Source of the DNA: Zygnema circumcarinatum SAG 698-1b
Taxonomy: Eukaryota > Plantae > Zygnematophyceae
Length of the DNA: 64,000 nt
Assembly (NCBI GenBank): GCA_037447605.1
Contig: CM074808.1
Span: 4,154,001 to 4,218,000 of the forward strand
Reading direction: 5' to 3'
The notes beneath the pieces were generated by a model, which was not told where the DNA came from, did no database searches, and worked only from the letters and a program-made list of their open reading frames with translations. Both the position numbers and the translations under genes were made by a program. Positions 12,489-24,468 of this stretch are shown in pieces; position 1 is the stretch's first letter, and each line of letters starts with the position of its first letter.

Positions 12489-13669
12489 TACTCTGAGGTT
12501 GCCAAGCCTGGGTTCCGCCGGGCACTGTGCACACGAAGCACGCAAGTTTGCGGATGTGAGTTTGAGTTGTTGGAGGGCGGGATAACGTCCGAATTCGTTT
12601 GGTTAGGGAAGCGTGTCGAAACACGTGGTCTGTCCTCCCACTCGCTGGAGCGGCTGACGGACGAAGGAGGCGCCACACTGCGACTGCCCTGTCCTGTCCT
12701 GCACTGCGCTGCGCTGCGCAACAACAACAAGGACAGCGAGCGAGACAACAACACGCAGGAGGCCAACAGGTGCAGATTCACTCATGAGTAAGACAGTGTG
12801 CATTGCATTGCATTGCATTGCATTGCTGTCAGAAGCCGCTTTGCGTGAACACGGCCAAGTGTCATACGCACAATATACAAGGTTCTAAGGGTGAAGCTCT
12901 TGCACTCTCGTGTGCTGCACCTAATGAACAGAGGCCCAACTGGGAGACTTAAATTGAGCAGAAAGGCCACATAGTGCCTTCCCAGACTGGGCCCCGCTAA
13001 AGACCAGGAGCCGCACACCGCAGTTCCATGCCCGCATGCCCGCCGACACAGAGGACGCGGACGCTGCCGCCGACCCTCAGCCTCGCGGCCGTCGGCGCTT
13101 TCGGGCCTGACCGGGAGAGCGTACGGGACAGGCCCAGGCGTGGCTTGGCTTTGCTTCGCTGCAGCCCCCCTCGCCGCGGAAAGAGCACGCTTCCCAATCG
13201 CTCGCTTCTCTGCCTCCCTCTCTTTACTGCGAATCAAATACAGAACGGCAGTCGAGACTGCGTTTGAACTGCCCGCGTGTCTTCACGAGGCAGCCTCTCG
13301 CACTTATCAAATTCGACCCGAGCACATTTCCTTGAAAATATTGTCGCAAGAAAATGGGATAAGATTCTCCTCCATTGACGGGTAAACACACAGAAAAGAG
13401 TGAGATCCCTGAGCTCCACTCTCCAAATCTAGTTCCCGTAGATCTTGCAAGCCTCGTTATGTACTTGTCTTCTCTTCCACATCATTGCTTTTCTGACTGC
13501 TGTTTCTGGAATAATTAGATATGGACACAGAAAACCCTTCACTTGATCAGCTTTTCATCGGACAACTTTATCATGAAACCGACACAAGCGCGCAATGCTG
13601 ACGTACGACAACCTGTCGGAGGCACGTACGACAACCTTCCTGTTGCGACTGGACAAGGAAAGCATGATG

Positions 13670-16600
13670 TTAATGACGGAAACTCGAACTCTCACCTCGC
13701 AGTACCCACATAAATCGAATACTGATTGGAAAGGAAAGACTGTGAAAGCACGGACAACAAGAAGGGGACAGGCGTCTGCAAAAGCACCTTTGCAAACGCA
13801 ACTCCTGGTTAGATATTCGATACGACCCCTGCTGCTCGCCCGGCTCCATCACAAACAGCTCCTTGAACGTGCCCATTTGGCTCCCTTGCGGTTCGCAGGT
13901 GCCATTCCCGTGATGCCCCTCCACCTGCATGCTCTCGCCCGGCGGCACGAACCCTCGTCCGACCACGAGCGAGCCGGCCACGCGGATCATGACGCCGCGC
14001 CGCCCGAACGCGCAGCACTCCATGTTGTCCACGGCGTGCACCAACCTCTCCCCGCGCTGCTCCCCGGCCAACATGTTGCGGATTCGCGTCAAGGTTGAAA
14101 AAATGCTCGCTGGACCCTTATACCGTTGGTCCCCAAACCTGCACAGAGAACAAATCACCAGTGAATAGAACCACGGGGTTGCAGAAAACTCGCAGAGCTG
14201 TAAACAAACCATGGAGTTAGCAAAAGCCGCTGGTGCGCTATCTCAGAGGTTCTGATCACGTCTAATGTTTTCCAACAGAATGGTACAAATGGTCACCCCA
14301 CAAACAGACCATGCCAGAAATACGCTAAAACGACTACATCTTGTGAGGTTGCCATCTGTATCGGAAATACGAACTAGATGCAAAAGTCTACATACTACGT
14401 ACGTGAGAGTAGATTTCTCTGTGTAAAAGGCCTCCATATGCTCCCAACGTTTGTCCGAACCATCAAACAGCATGTAATAATGCACCGTTAGCATCTGCAC
14501 ATTTGCACAACAACAACTTATGAGGCATGCAAACCATCCCTACGCAGACACAGTTGCGAAAACCGGTGAAGTATACGAGCCCTAAGTGCAAAGAAGCCCC
14601 CCCAAGCTCTCCCCTTCACAGAGGTGGCCCAGGGACTGGGCGAGCACCATAAGCCTCATTTGCGCTCTACCCTACACAATCATCAATAGCCAGGACAAAA
14701 CGTCACACCTTCACCTACACGAGACCCCCAACCCCCTCCACATGCAGATAACTGGGTACACAAGTGAGCGAATTCGATTCATCATTAGACGGGTGAATCC
14801 TACAACCTCATCTAAACTCAGGACACGGCAAGACCAAGGAGAAGGACGTAACAACAGTCACGAAACGGTAAACAAGGGAACATTGATTCAGTCAGCTCTA
14901 ACGACACAGTGTTTGGGCGAAGCTGACATCAGAAAGGTCCTTCAGACGTTCTGTTGGGTCGAACACACTGTGCACAAAACTGGGAAGGTCCACACTGGCG
15001 TTCTCGTACTCGCGCACAAAAGGATGAGACAGCAGCTGCAGCACCCACAACACCAGCCGAATGTAAGAAAAAGTTATCCCGCAACAAAATAGCACCCACC
15101 GATACAAACATCAGAAAGATACAGAAGGCGTCCTCTTGTCCTTGCATCTACAATCTTCAATGTCATCGAACGCGAATCTCCACAGTGTCAGACAGGGCTG
15201 CTCTATGCAGCTCTGAAGTGCCATCGCGGCACCTCCATTTCATGCCTGTTCAGACCAACGCCATCGGAGCCCTAATGACTTGACTGCCGGGCACAGCTAT
15301 TTGAAACTGGTCTAAGGTTCAGGGTCGCCTTGCGTTCAGAGTAAAAAAACTCCGAGCATATACCCAAATCCTGAAGCATATATAAACTACACACAATAAA
15401 CTTAGATCAAATGCGCCTCGGCGCCTTGAACGATCCAGGAATTGGATGTGAACTCCACGCATCAGACGGGTGCAAACTCCCAGACATGCAGTCTGTAGAT
15501 AACACGATGCAAGTCCCAGTTTGCAACAAAGGTCACCGAACGAAGACTTTTTGATGGATCGCTAAACCAGTTTGAATGAGCCCAATGCCACTGACAGGCT
15601 TGGGAAATAACAGTTTACGGGATTGCACACCCTCGCGCAAAGAGGGACCCATCTCCAGCGCGCGGTAGTTGGTTGATCTAGGGTCGACAGCAGGCTGGTC
15701 CATAGCAAGAATTGGCATGGTCCGCAAAGGCAAGTGAAGACATAAAAGCTTTGCGACGCTCTCACACTCACCTGTTCTGCGGTGGGTCTCTGAAGGGAAT
15801 CTTTGAGAAGACAGGAATCCACAAAGTCACGGAATTCAGGCGAAAATTTGTCTGCTGGTGGTGAGGGTGACGGATCCTCCATCACCTGCATCACGTGCAG
15901 TGGGACAACTCAGACAACACCAACATCTTCCAATTTCCAGCAACGTTTTGCAAAGGATGAGGTTCATTATGATAGCTCAGAAAGTAGCATACATGAATGA
16001 AGGGGAAGTTGTGCAGGCAACATTACCCATCTACTGAATTTTTCTAATCCTTACAATTGCTCATTGTTCCGTTTTCCAACTGCAAGAACTTTCAGTCTTG
16101 TAGTGAACGAGCGGAATGGATTTGTCCAAGCGAAGGGCTTGATCAAAATAAGGCACAACAACAATCATCCGAAAGTGCAAACCATTATCTTTGTTCAAGA
16201 ACGCTGTTCCAACATGCGCCCATCCGTGTCAAAGACCATGTTCCCAAAGGCCTCCCTTACCGACAGACTACGTGGGACTCGATCCCGCTTTAACATCAAA
16301 CTTTTTCGTACACCATTACGATCAATTGCAAGCATCCGAAAACGCCATCAAGCAAAAAAAAAAAAAAAAAAACATTTCGTATGGCGTCACCTTCTTGACT
16401 TCATACATTCTGAAGAAACAACATAGACATAACTTCCAGAACACTTTCGACTTCCAAAAACCCTGAAGCTCATAGGCAGAGCAGCCATTTCCCAAACACA
16501 AGAGACCACCACGCCACCTTCCGACCTCAATTTCCAATGGAATATATGAAGCTGTGGAGCCACGATAGCGAAGAATTTCAGCGTAAACAAGCTGCCTAAG

Positions 16601-19600
16601 TAGCCCAAAACCTCGAAAGGTTTAGCAAACTCTAATGTACGCAGGCCCATCGATTACTTCTCACTGCGAACGAGAGAAAGAAAAATGAGTCCAGAAGAAG
16701 TTTCCAAGAAGTTGAATGAGAGGTGATTGCGGAATTGTCTCTCTTAGTTGTCCGTCACACACGAATCGCCACGCGTGCATTGCGGCACAGCAGAATTGTT
16801 GCCCAACAGGCCCACAAGATGACAGCGCTTGCATTGTGGAGCATGTCGGAACGGGCCCGCTCACCTGAAGCATAAGGTTCACAGGGCCTTTGCTGGCATT
16901 GTATGGGAAAACACCTGTGGCGCACTCAAGTAGGGTGAGGCCCAAACTCCAAATATCCGCCGGGTATGAATAGTATTGATTATTAATGCGCTCTGGCGAC
17001 ATGTAAGTCACAGTTCCGACAAATGTTGCACACTGGACATGCACACGGAGCTAGATCAACATCAATGGAAAGCTCTAGGTCTCATTACGATCGGCAAGAG
17101 CTGATTTTCTATTTCTATGGCAGTTCTTCCAGGGATGTAAGTTCACTGCATACAGGGGAGAAAAAACATACTCGTTGAACTAAGATGAAAGCAAACTCCT
17201 GCCCACTAGAGAGATGCAAGAACTCACCATGGCGATGGAGTTATCCAGGCCAGCACTGATACCAAAATCTGTGATTTTCGGTTCCCCGTTGAGGTTCAAC
17301 AAAAGGTTTGCAGGTTTTATATCCCGGTGGACCATATGCCGCTCAGCATGCAGGAAATAAAGTCCCTGTATTCACAACAACCACGAGAAACCCACTAGCT
17401 GTTTTTCTGAATCACCATGGTTGAGGAGGGTAGGCAGGCTACATAATTGAAAGACTCACTATTGCTTGACGGGATTGATTAGCCCATCTGCGCTTGAGAT
17501 CTACTGGTTCAAGGATCGCTCGGCCATAGCTTCTCAACGACATCCTTGACCTAAAGTCAACATTAAACGACAAGCAACATTGACAAAGAGGACGATTTGC
17601 AACAGCTCTGTATGTATTGAATGTTAAGCTAACGCATGGACCAGCACCCACATCAAGCAATTGTTCTGGGCAAGCAGAACACCAACTAGTCCAGGCTTTC
17701 CCATATTTGTTTCAATGGATGAAATTGCTGAATAGAATTGCAGTATACCTGAAGGACTTTGCGGGTGATAACCGACAGTATTGGCTCTGGAATTGACTTC
17801 TTCGTGCGTACAATATCAGCCAATGATCCTCCATCCATGTATTCCAGCGCGATGCTAATCTGCCCACTGTCCGGAGAGTAGAAAGCGCCATAGAATTCCA
17901 CTAATCCATGCGCACGTCGAGCTTCACATAAAGTGCGAATCTCGTTTAGCAATTGCTGCCGTTTATCCTGAAGCAAACACCCGACTTGCAAAGCCCAAAA
18001 TCAGGACGGGGCGGACTTACCTAACTGCTGCGCCCAGCAGCGCTACCCGCTGCGCTGCCTGCCACGTCAGCTTGAACGCGTACGACATCATCACCACGTC
18101 ACACATGGAACATTGTCACAAAGTCACGTCCTCTTACGCCCTGCCCGGCAGTACGGCATTGCTAGGTTGAAAAGATTCCATCCTTCCAACTCATTAGCCC
18201 TGGGTGCTTTCAGAGGACAGGAAACACAGTGCTAATGGTTGGCGTGCTAGAAAATCTCAGGACAAATGTTTAGCTTAAGCTTGAATCACAACAAGTGCTA
18301 GACATCACCTCACCCTGCAGAAGGACTGCAGGGTGCACTGCCGGTCTTAATCGCCAACACGGAGGGGTAAGGAGGACTGACTAACTCTTCTTAAGTCATG
18401 CAAAAAACTATACTTCCTAGAATCGTCCGGTAAAATCCCGTAACCCGGGCCAAAGCCTGCATGTGTACTGGATGCAAGGCCTGAGGCATCCCATGTACAC
18501 AGTCGATCCCAACTCTCACCAGACTGATGGCACAAACCGTGAAGTCAGGAAGCTCATAAACTCATTATGCTGGCAAAATAGTTGAATTAAAGCAAACCTT
18601 CTCAAAGACGTTGATTTTCTTGAGCGCCAATATACGGTGAGTCGGGATATGAATCGCCTTGCGTACGACACTGCTTGCTCCAAAACCGATAGCATTGAAT
18701 ACACACATTTCGTATGAGGCGCAACGATAGTTCCGCTCTCGACTCTCCGCAAGATCTTTCGCCTCATTATGAGGAAGCTTTCGAAACTGTAAACCTTCTG
18801 CATTAATGTCATATTCTCCGCAGGATCGACTCAACAAGTTCAAAGTACCTTCGTCGCTGACCTGTAAAAGCAGAATACAAAGACTTAGTGCAACCATTAT
18901 CAGGAGTGCATTCCACTACTTCATTCACAAGGAAAAAAATGAATCGTGTCAAGGAGTCTCCATAACGATTAATGCAAGAGTATTGCATTAAGCAGCAGAT
19001 GCTACTACAGCATCTCCGTCGTCTTTTTCTATTCTTCAAGGTCAGCCCATGAACTAAATAGCAACAACAGCCTGGTCGGCAAATATGCACTCATCATAAC
19101 AGTAAAAAGTGGAGCTGTCAAATGAGCGCAACTCAGATAAAACTTGGTAGCCTTACTGCTCTGCAAGGACTCCATAGTTATTGAAGTGAGCGATTGTTGC
19201 AAAAAAAACAAGCAATATAGTGAAGTATCGATAGGGCATATCTTTCTGTCAAATTGGTACATAGAGGAATCGAAGCCAAGGGAATTGATTTTTTCATTGC
19301 ATGGCATAACACCCATGCTTATATTGTGCCATTACAAAGGCCGGGCCAGAGCAAAGTCGTGAAATGTTTGCATTGCATCTGATGAACGACTTTTCCCAAC
19401 TCGTCAGCTTGCCTTCACTTTGTCAATGAAAATGCAGTTTGACGAGAATGACTGATCTCACGTGCGGAAGGCAAAAAGTCAACCCAATTGACCATTGACG
19501 AACACGATTCAGATAGAGCACAGTTTTTAAGTGACAGGTTCGAAACACCTTTCAAGTTCCAATGCAGTCCCGGTTTGTGTTTTCAAGCTCCAAGCTCCAG

Positions 19601-20037
19601 AAATAAACCTCCTGAGTGGATCCATGTGTTGTAAACTTCGTTCATCCGTTTCTATCAAAACCAGCATCAAGAAGGACACGCTACTCCATAGCCTTCAAAA
19701 CAGGTTTTCTATGCGATTCAGAAGCTAGCTACATTCTTCTTTATCTGCCCAACAACTGGTCGCCCTATTGTCCTAGCAGCCCTCTTCGAAGACCTGCACA
19801 ATCGCTGACGCTGCTGCTGATTTTCCTCTGCTGGAGCATCCAAGGAGCATGGAAGTGCTGTGGTGAGGCAGGTAACAGCCCACGCTACATGCTGCATGGA
19901 GGAAGGGAGAACAGGCGCTTGCCAGTCACCTTGTAAGAGGCCGTGCCGTCCAATGACATGTCCACCATGTCAGGAGCTCGCAATTGATCACCGGTCACCA
20001 ACGTCAGCCTCTTCCGCAAGTTCTCGATGCCAGCCAT
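13670..20037 (-). CDS. MKK3: MAP kinase kinase 3 (kinase plus C-terminal NTF2-like domain)
   Basis: ATG at 20037 ([11 protein letters not shown]). Exons encode [25 protein letters not shown] (18599-18862), [23 protein letters not shown] (~17750-17968), [34 protein letters not shown] (~17229-17367), [16 protein letters not shown] (~16865-17036), [15 protein letters not shown] (~15771-15888) and the NTF2 part [38 protein letters not shown]. Similarity ends near 13800; the first in-frame stop is at 13670. Confidence 0.93.
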
Positions 20038-20723
20038 AGTTAGCTAATTATCGAACAGATGCCGGCTAATACCAATCCTGCAATTCCTAGTCAAAAAACA
20101 AACCCAAGAGGTATGATGATGACCTCACAGTCAACTTTTCGAGCAGGTGCTTCGAAGGCAGCAACCTGCCACGGCGGCCTCATGACCGCCCGCCGCGGCG
20201 CAAGCCAGGGACAGCACAAATTGCGACCCGCGGCGAAGAGAAGGTCATGCCGGCGAGGGAGACAGACAGACAGGGTCGGCGAGGAGTGATGATGACGGGA
20301 AGGAGGGAGGACGAGGAGAAAGGGGAGGCGGAGGAGGACGAGGCGGGGCGAGGCGGGGCGGGGCGGGCGGCAGGCGCATGTTCGCAAGGGGGGGGCGGGC
20401 GGGCGGGCGAGCCGCACGTGCGGGGGGGGGGGGAAGGGAAGGGGGGAGGGGGGGCTGCTCGCGCTCGCCCTCAGTCCGTCAGGGGGAGGGGGAGCTGCTC
20501 CGTCCCGCGGGGGCGCCGTATCGTATCGTATCGCCACGTATTGTATCGCAGCGGCGAGTGCACGCGGGGCGGGGCAGGCTCTGGGACTCAGGGTGGGAAA
20601 GAGAGCGAGGGAAGGACCGGAAGGTGGAAGGGGAGGGGACGGGGAAAGGTCGCTCTCTCTGGCGGAGCAGCGGGCCTTTCCCTCGCGTCGCCGCGCTGCC
20701 AAGTTCATTTCCAAGGGCTAGCC
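20038..20723. promoter_or_regulatory. GC-rich interval between the divergent MKK3 and PRA1 start codons (candidate bidirectional promoter/5' UTRs)
   Basis: The two ATGs are 686 bp apart and divergent. The interval is CpG-rich with G-runs and a (TATCG)n tract at ~20518-20548. Promoter function is inferred. Confidence 0.5.
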
Positions 20724-21329
20724 ATGGCGGGGCCGCCCTCTTCGGCCGATTTGAGCTCCGGCGTTCCGTCCAGTGCAGTGGCTCTGGCGCTCCTTGGCAG
20801 GCTGCAGGAGTTTGCAAAGCAGGCTCTTGCGCAGCAACGGCCGTGGCAGGAGCTGCTGGATCGCAATGCGTTCGCTAAGCCTGAAAGCCTTGCAGATGCC
20901 ACCAGTCGCGTCAGGAAAAATGCTGCATACTTTAGGGTCAACTACGTACTTCTCGTTCTCATGACGGTGCTCCTTAGCATGATCTGGAACCCCATATCCA
21001 TTCTCTGTTTGATTTGTCCACTTGCGCTTTGGTTTTATGTATACATTTATCGTACGGAGCCGCTTGTCATATCGGGCAGAGTGATCAATGACCGGGAGAA
21101 GTTCGTGGCTCTCTCGCTCATCACCATCCTGGTGTTCTTCCTCACGCCGGTGGCTTCCATCCTGCTCTCGGGGCTGACCGTAGGGTTGATAGCGGTGACG
21201 GTGCACGCGGCCTTCAGGGTGCCGGACGACCTCTTCCTGGACGACCAGGACGCGGGAGGCTTCGTGTCGTGGCTAAGCGCCGGCCATCCCGGCTCGTCGC
21301 AGCTGCCGACGGCCCTCGGGCACGTGTGA
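20724..21329 (+). CDS. PRA1: Prenylated Rab acceptor 1 (PRA1.B-like), intronless, 201 aa
   Basis: QQRPWQELLDRNAFAKPESLADATSRVRKNAAYFRVNY..P.S, then hydrophobic segments, and HAAFRVPDDLFLDDQ. Confidence 0.95.
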   Translation: MAGPPSSADLSSGVPSSAVALALLGRLQEFAKQALAQQRPWQELLDRNAFAKPESLADATSRVRKNAAYFRVNYVLLVLMTVLLSMIWNPISILCLICPLALWFYVYIYRTEPLVISGRVINDREKFVALSLITILVFFLTPVASILLSGLTVGLIAVTVHAAFRVPDDLFLDDQDAGGFVSWLSAGHPGSSQLPTALGHV

Positions 21330-23276
21330 TACCTCCATGGACATCCGATGCGGAGCGCGGAAAGGTATGCCCTGAATCTTCGCTGCGGGCAGCCTGGATC
21401 ATGCAGCATCCTGGCATTTGGTGCTGTGGCAGCCGTGACATATGATCGCACTCTGCTCGCTTATGCCTGGTCCCGTTTTGGCAGATGGTTTACGGAGAGC
21501 AATGCCGCATTGCAGGTTCTGTCTGCTAAGGTATTTTGAGTGAGAGTAACACACAAAGGAGCACATTGTAGTTCTATTGGTTTTCCAGTTCAAGAGAGGT
21601 CATCATGTCCAGAACTGCTGTTGTCGTTTCACTTGTTGTTAAAACGACGTGAGGTGTATTACAGAAAAGTTCTGTCTGATTTCCTTAGTCTTGTCTTGAC
21701 ACCTGGCCACCTGCATTCTGGGGTATCAATGTTGACATTTTAATGTTACAATTCAATCGCCATGTGGCACGCAGTGAGTCGATTCTAGATTTGTTGCTTG
21801 GCATAAGCTGATCATTATGACTTTTTTGAAGTGGCCCCTGGAAGCCATTTACGTTGGTCCTTCTAAAGCAGCACATTTATTGATTGGCATCGAAAAGAAA
21901 ACAGAGCATCGGAACGGGCCAAGTGTAAATGGTTCTCCTTTGTTTAAATGTGTGGTGAATTCGACCTCCCTAAATGCTGAAGCAGTTTGAAAGGCTGGCG
22001 CGGTCCTGACTGTTCAATGTAAGAATGGGGCTTGTGCAGATCGTTTGATGCTGAAGTCTCTGACGTCAAGCATGCTCTTCGCTTGTGACCCCCCGCTTGT
22101 TTGCAGATGGCGTCTATTGCCGTGTGTAATTCTATCTAAAATTGCAGTACGTCTGTTCAATTCCACACGTTTAATTTTCTCGGCAGTCACTCATCTGTGA
22201 CAGCTTGCATACGGCATAAATTCGTTCAGGCTATGGTGTCTTGTCTAGCAAAATTGGATTCAGTATGTACTCGCCTATTTTTTTTTTTTTTCGACGAAGA
22301 GCACATTTGACGTTAGGGCTTACGGGCTTAGCGCTAGGTATTTTGCTTTGGTTGCCTGCATCCTTGCAGTCTCCACAGCGTTTTAATCGTCTTATCACAT
22401 AGACCTCTGTGCGCGCTTCTGTATACTTCAAAAATGAAATGACAGGCATTGTGATGGCAGGCTACTTGTAGAATTGCATATACACTCTTCACAATGCACT
22501 ACTGGTCACAAGGTGCCCAGTCGTAGTGTTTATTAGCCAGCTGCCCTGCAACTATTCCACCAGTTGAATGTTGTGTCGATTGTGAGCCTGATGTCTCCAG
22601 TTGTTGTGACTGCGGTGGGTTCCTGCTGGAAGGTGAGGAATGTGCATTGCAGCTGAATCGACGGTTTTTTTGGAAGATCTGCGGGTTCAAAAAGGATTTA
22701 AACATTGGACTAGAGTTTGCAGCTTTTGGGGCGAAATGGGAGTGTGTGGGACACTTGCTGACATTGTTGTTACTGTTTCTTTAGCCTCACAAGTGAGGGC
22801 CGCGCATGCGGGCACAGTGTGGAAGCCGTATTCGACTGCTGAATGCCGAGTGCCATGGTTTGCGTATTCCATTCTACTAGTCTACATTTGAATGCTCTCA
22901 CCTGGATGCTCGCAGGTTTAAAAAAGAGAAGGTCTAGGGACATAGCAGCAGGATAGGCGCGGTAGCTTTTCCGTTGCTGTTGAAATTTGTCGCTCGATGA
23001 TTTATAGGTGCGTCCAATATTAGGGCGCAAGCTGCTCAAAGTGCTGGAATTTTCAAAGGGTTTTTGGTCTCCCGGTCTAACTGCGGGTTGAATTTCAGTG
23101 CGGGCAATGTTGACACGGTGAGGCAGAGAGGCGGCAGGGGCAGAGGCAGAGGCACAGTCATTCCCGGGTGGGTGCTGCCGAGGGCATTGCAACTCTATCC
23201 GTCGTGGCTCCTCCGCTGTGTCCGTCCTCGTGACCCGCCCTGCAGTGCAGTCTTGGGTCGGCCCTCGTGGCTCGTA

Positions 23277-23744
23277 CCGTAAAACCGTAAAATCAAACAG
23301 GTTGAGAAATTGAGCAATTTTTTACTTAATTTCTCAATGTGCAAAGGTATTCAATAGGGCTGAACATTGAACTCTAGAGGTCGGAATTTTTTCGATTTGA
23401 GAAAATATGACAAATCAATTTCTCAATATGCTCGGCCACACATGCGGATTCTACTTTTGCCATGTAAGCCGCGGCCAATCGTGGCAGAATTGAGATATTC
23501 CATGGCAGCAAAATTTGAACGCGCTTGGATCCACGAGCGATTAAACACGAGCGGTAATTAATTGTTCTATGCTCAATCGATCTCGAAAAGAATTTTGATT
23601 TCAGTGGCCTTAAATTCTCATTCTCAGAAGTGAACGTATCGAATTGTGTACAGTTACTGATTGAGAAACTGGGTTTGAGAGTAAATTTTTTTTTTCGACG
23701 CGAATCATTAATTGTTCAATTTCTTAACCTGTTTGGTTTTACGG
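23277..23744. mobile_element. 468-bp Tc1/mariner-like MITE with TA target duplication
   Basis: ta|CCGTAAAA(CCGTAAAA)TCAAACAGGTTGAGAAATTGAGCAA ... TTGTTCAATTTCTTAACCTGTTTGGTTTTACGG|ta. TIRs are about 35 bp and the interior is AT-rich with no ORF. Confidence 0.85.
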
Positions 23745-24468
23745 TATCTGTGACAGTGACAACGGGGTTGATAAGTTGAGGCATTGAACAACGCAGAAGT
23801 GTTGACATCATGTGAATTGTTATCGTCAACCCATTGCCAAGCAATAAATTGAGCATTCAAAAATCTAAGGCGTCATGTGTAGCACTATGAAGGAGCATAG
23901 GGAGGCATTCTGCGACTAAAAAACCTAGGCGAGAAAAAGCAGCCGCTTGCAGACTGCAAGCATGTCAGAGAAGGTGCAAGCTGCTGGCACACGCAAGCAC
24001 GCAGAGGAAGCACGATGGATGAAGGCGGGGCCACAAGACATCTGAGTTTGCAACTTGACGCATCTCTCGCACACTCCTAAGGGCGACCCTTTAACGACTT
24101 CACAGGAGGCAGCGTAGCTTCACTTGAAAACATTTATGCCACTATACATGCGTTAACCACACGGCCTCCAGGTTCATACACTTCATGAAATGGGAAGAAT
24201 GGCTCCTACTTCTTCAGTAGGGTTGGGGTGGAACTACTCTAAACACTTGCAAAAACAGGACCGCTTCAGTACGTTTGTGAAAAGCACATAATAATATGCC
24301 ATAAGCCATTTGGCCGATTCAGAAGAGTGCAGCCGCGTGGGCGCGGAGATGCAGCACCGCACTCTCTAAGGACATGCACAAACCTTGCTCTCTGTTGTAC
24401 TAGTCAGCTCCGTATCCATAAGTAAGGAATCTCGACCAATCATGTGTCGCCATGCTGGAGCCACCGCC

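Noticed and set aside
12560-13270. GC-rich ORFs between ISA2 and MKK3
   Set aside because: No recognisable domain; probably MKK3 3' UTR with microsatellites.
20247-20723. 159-aa N-terminal extension of PRA1 in the ORF track
   Set aside because: Starts at a non-preferred site in low-complexity GC-rich promoter sequence. The ATG at 20724 has good context and gives a normal-length PRA1.
21330-23270. Splice-like signals and short ORFs downstream of PRA1
   Set aside because: No coding similarity; may be UTR introns but cannot be supported without transcripts.
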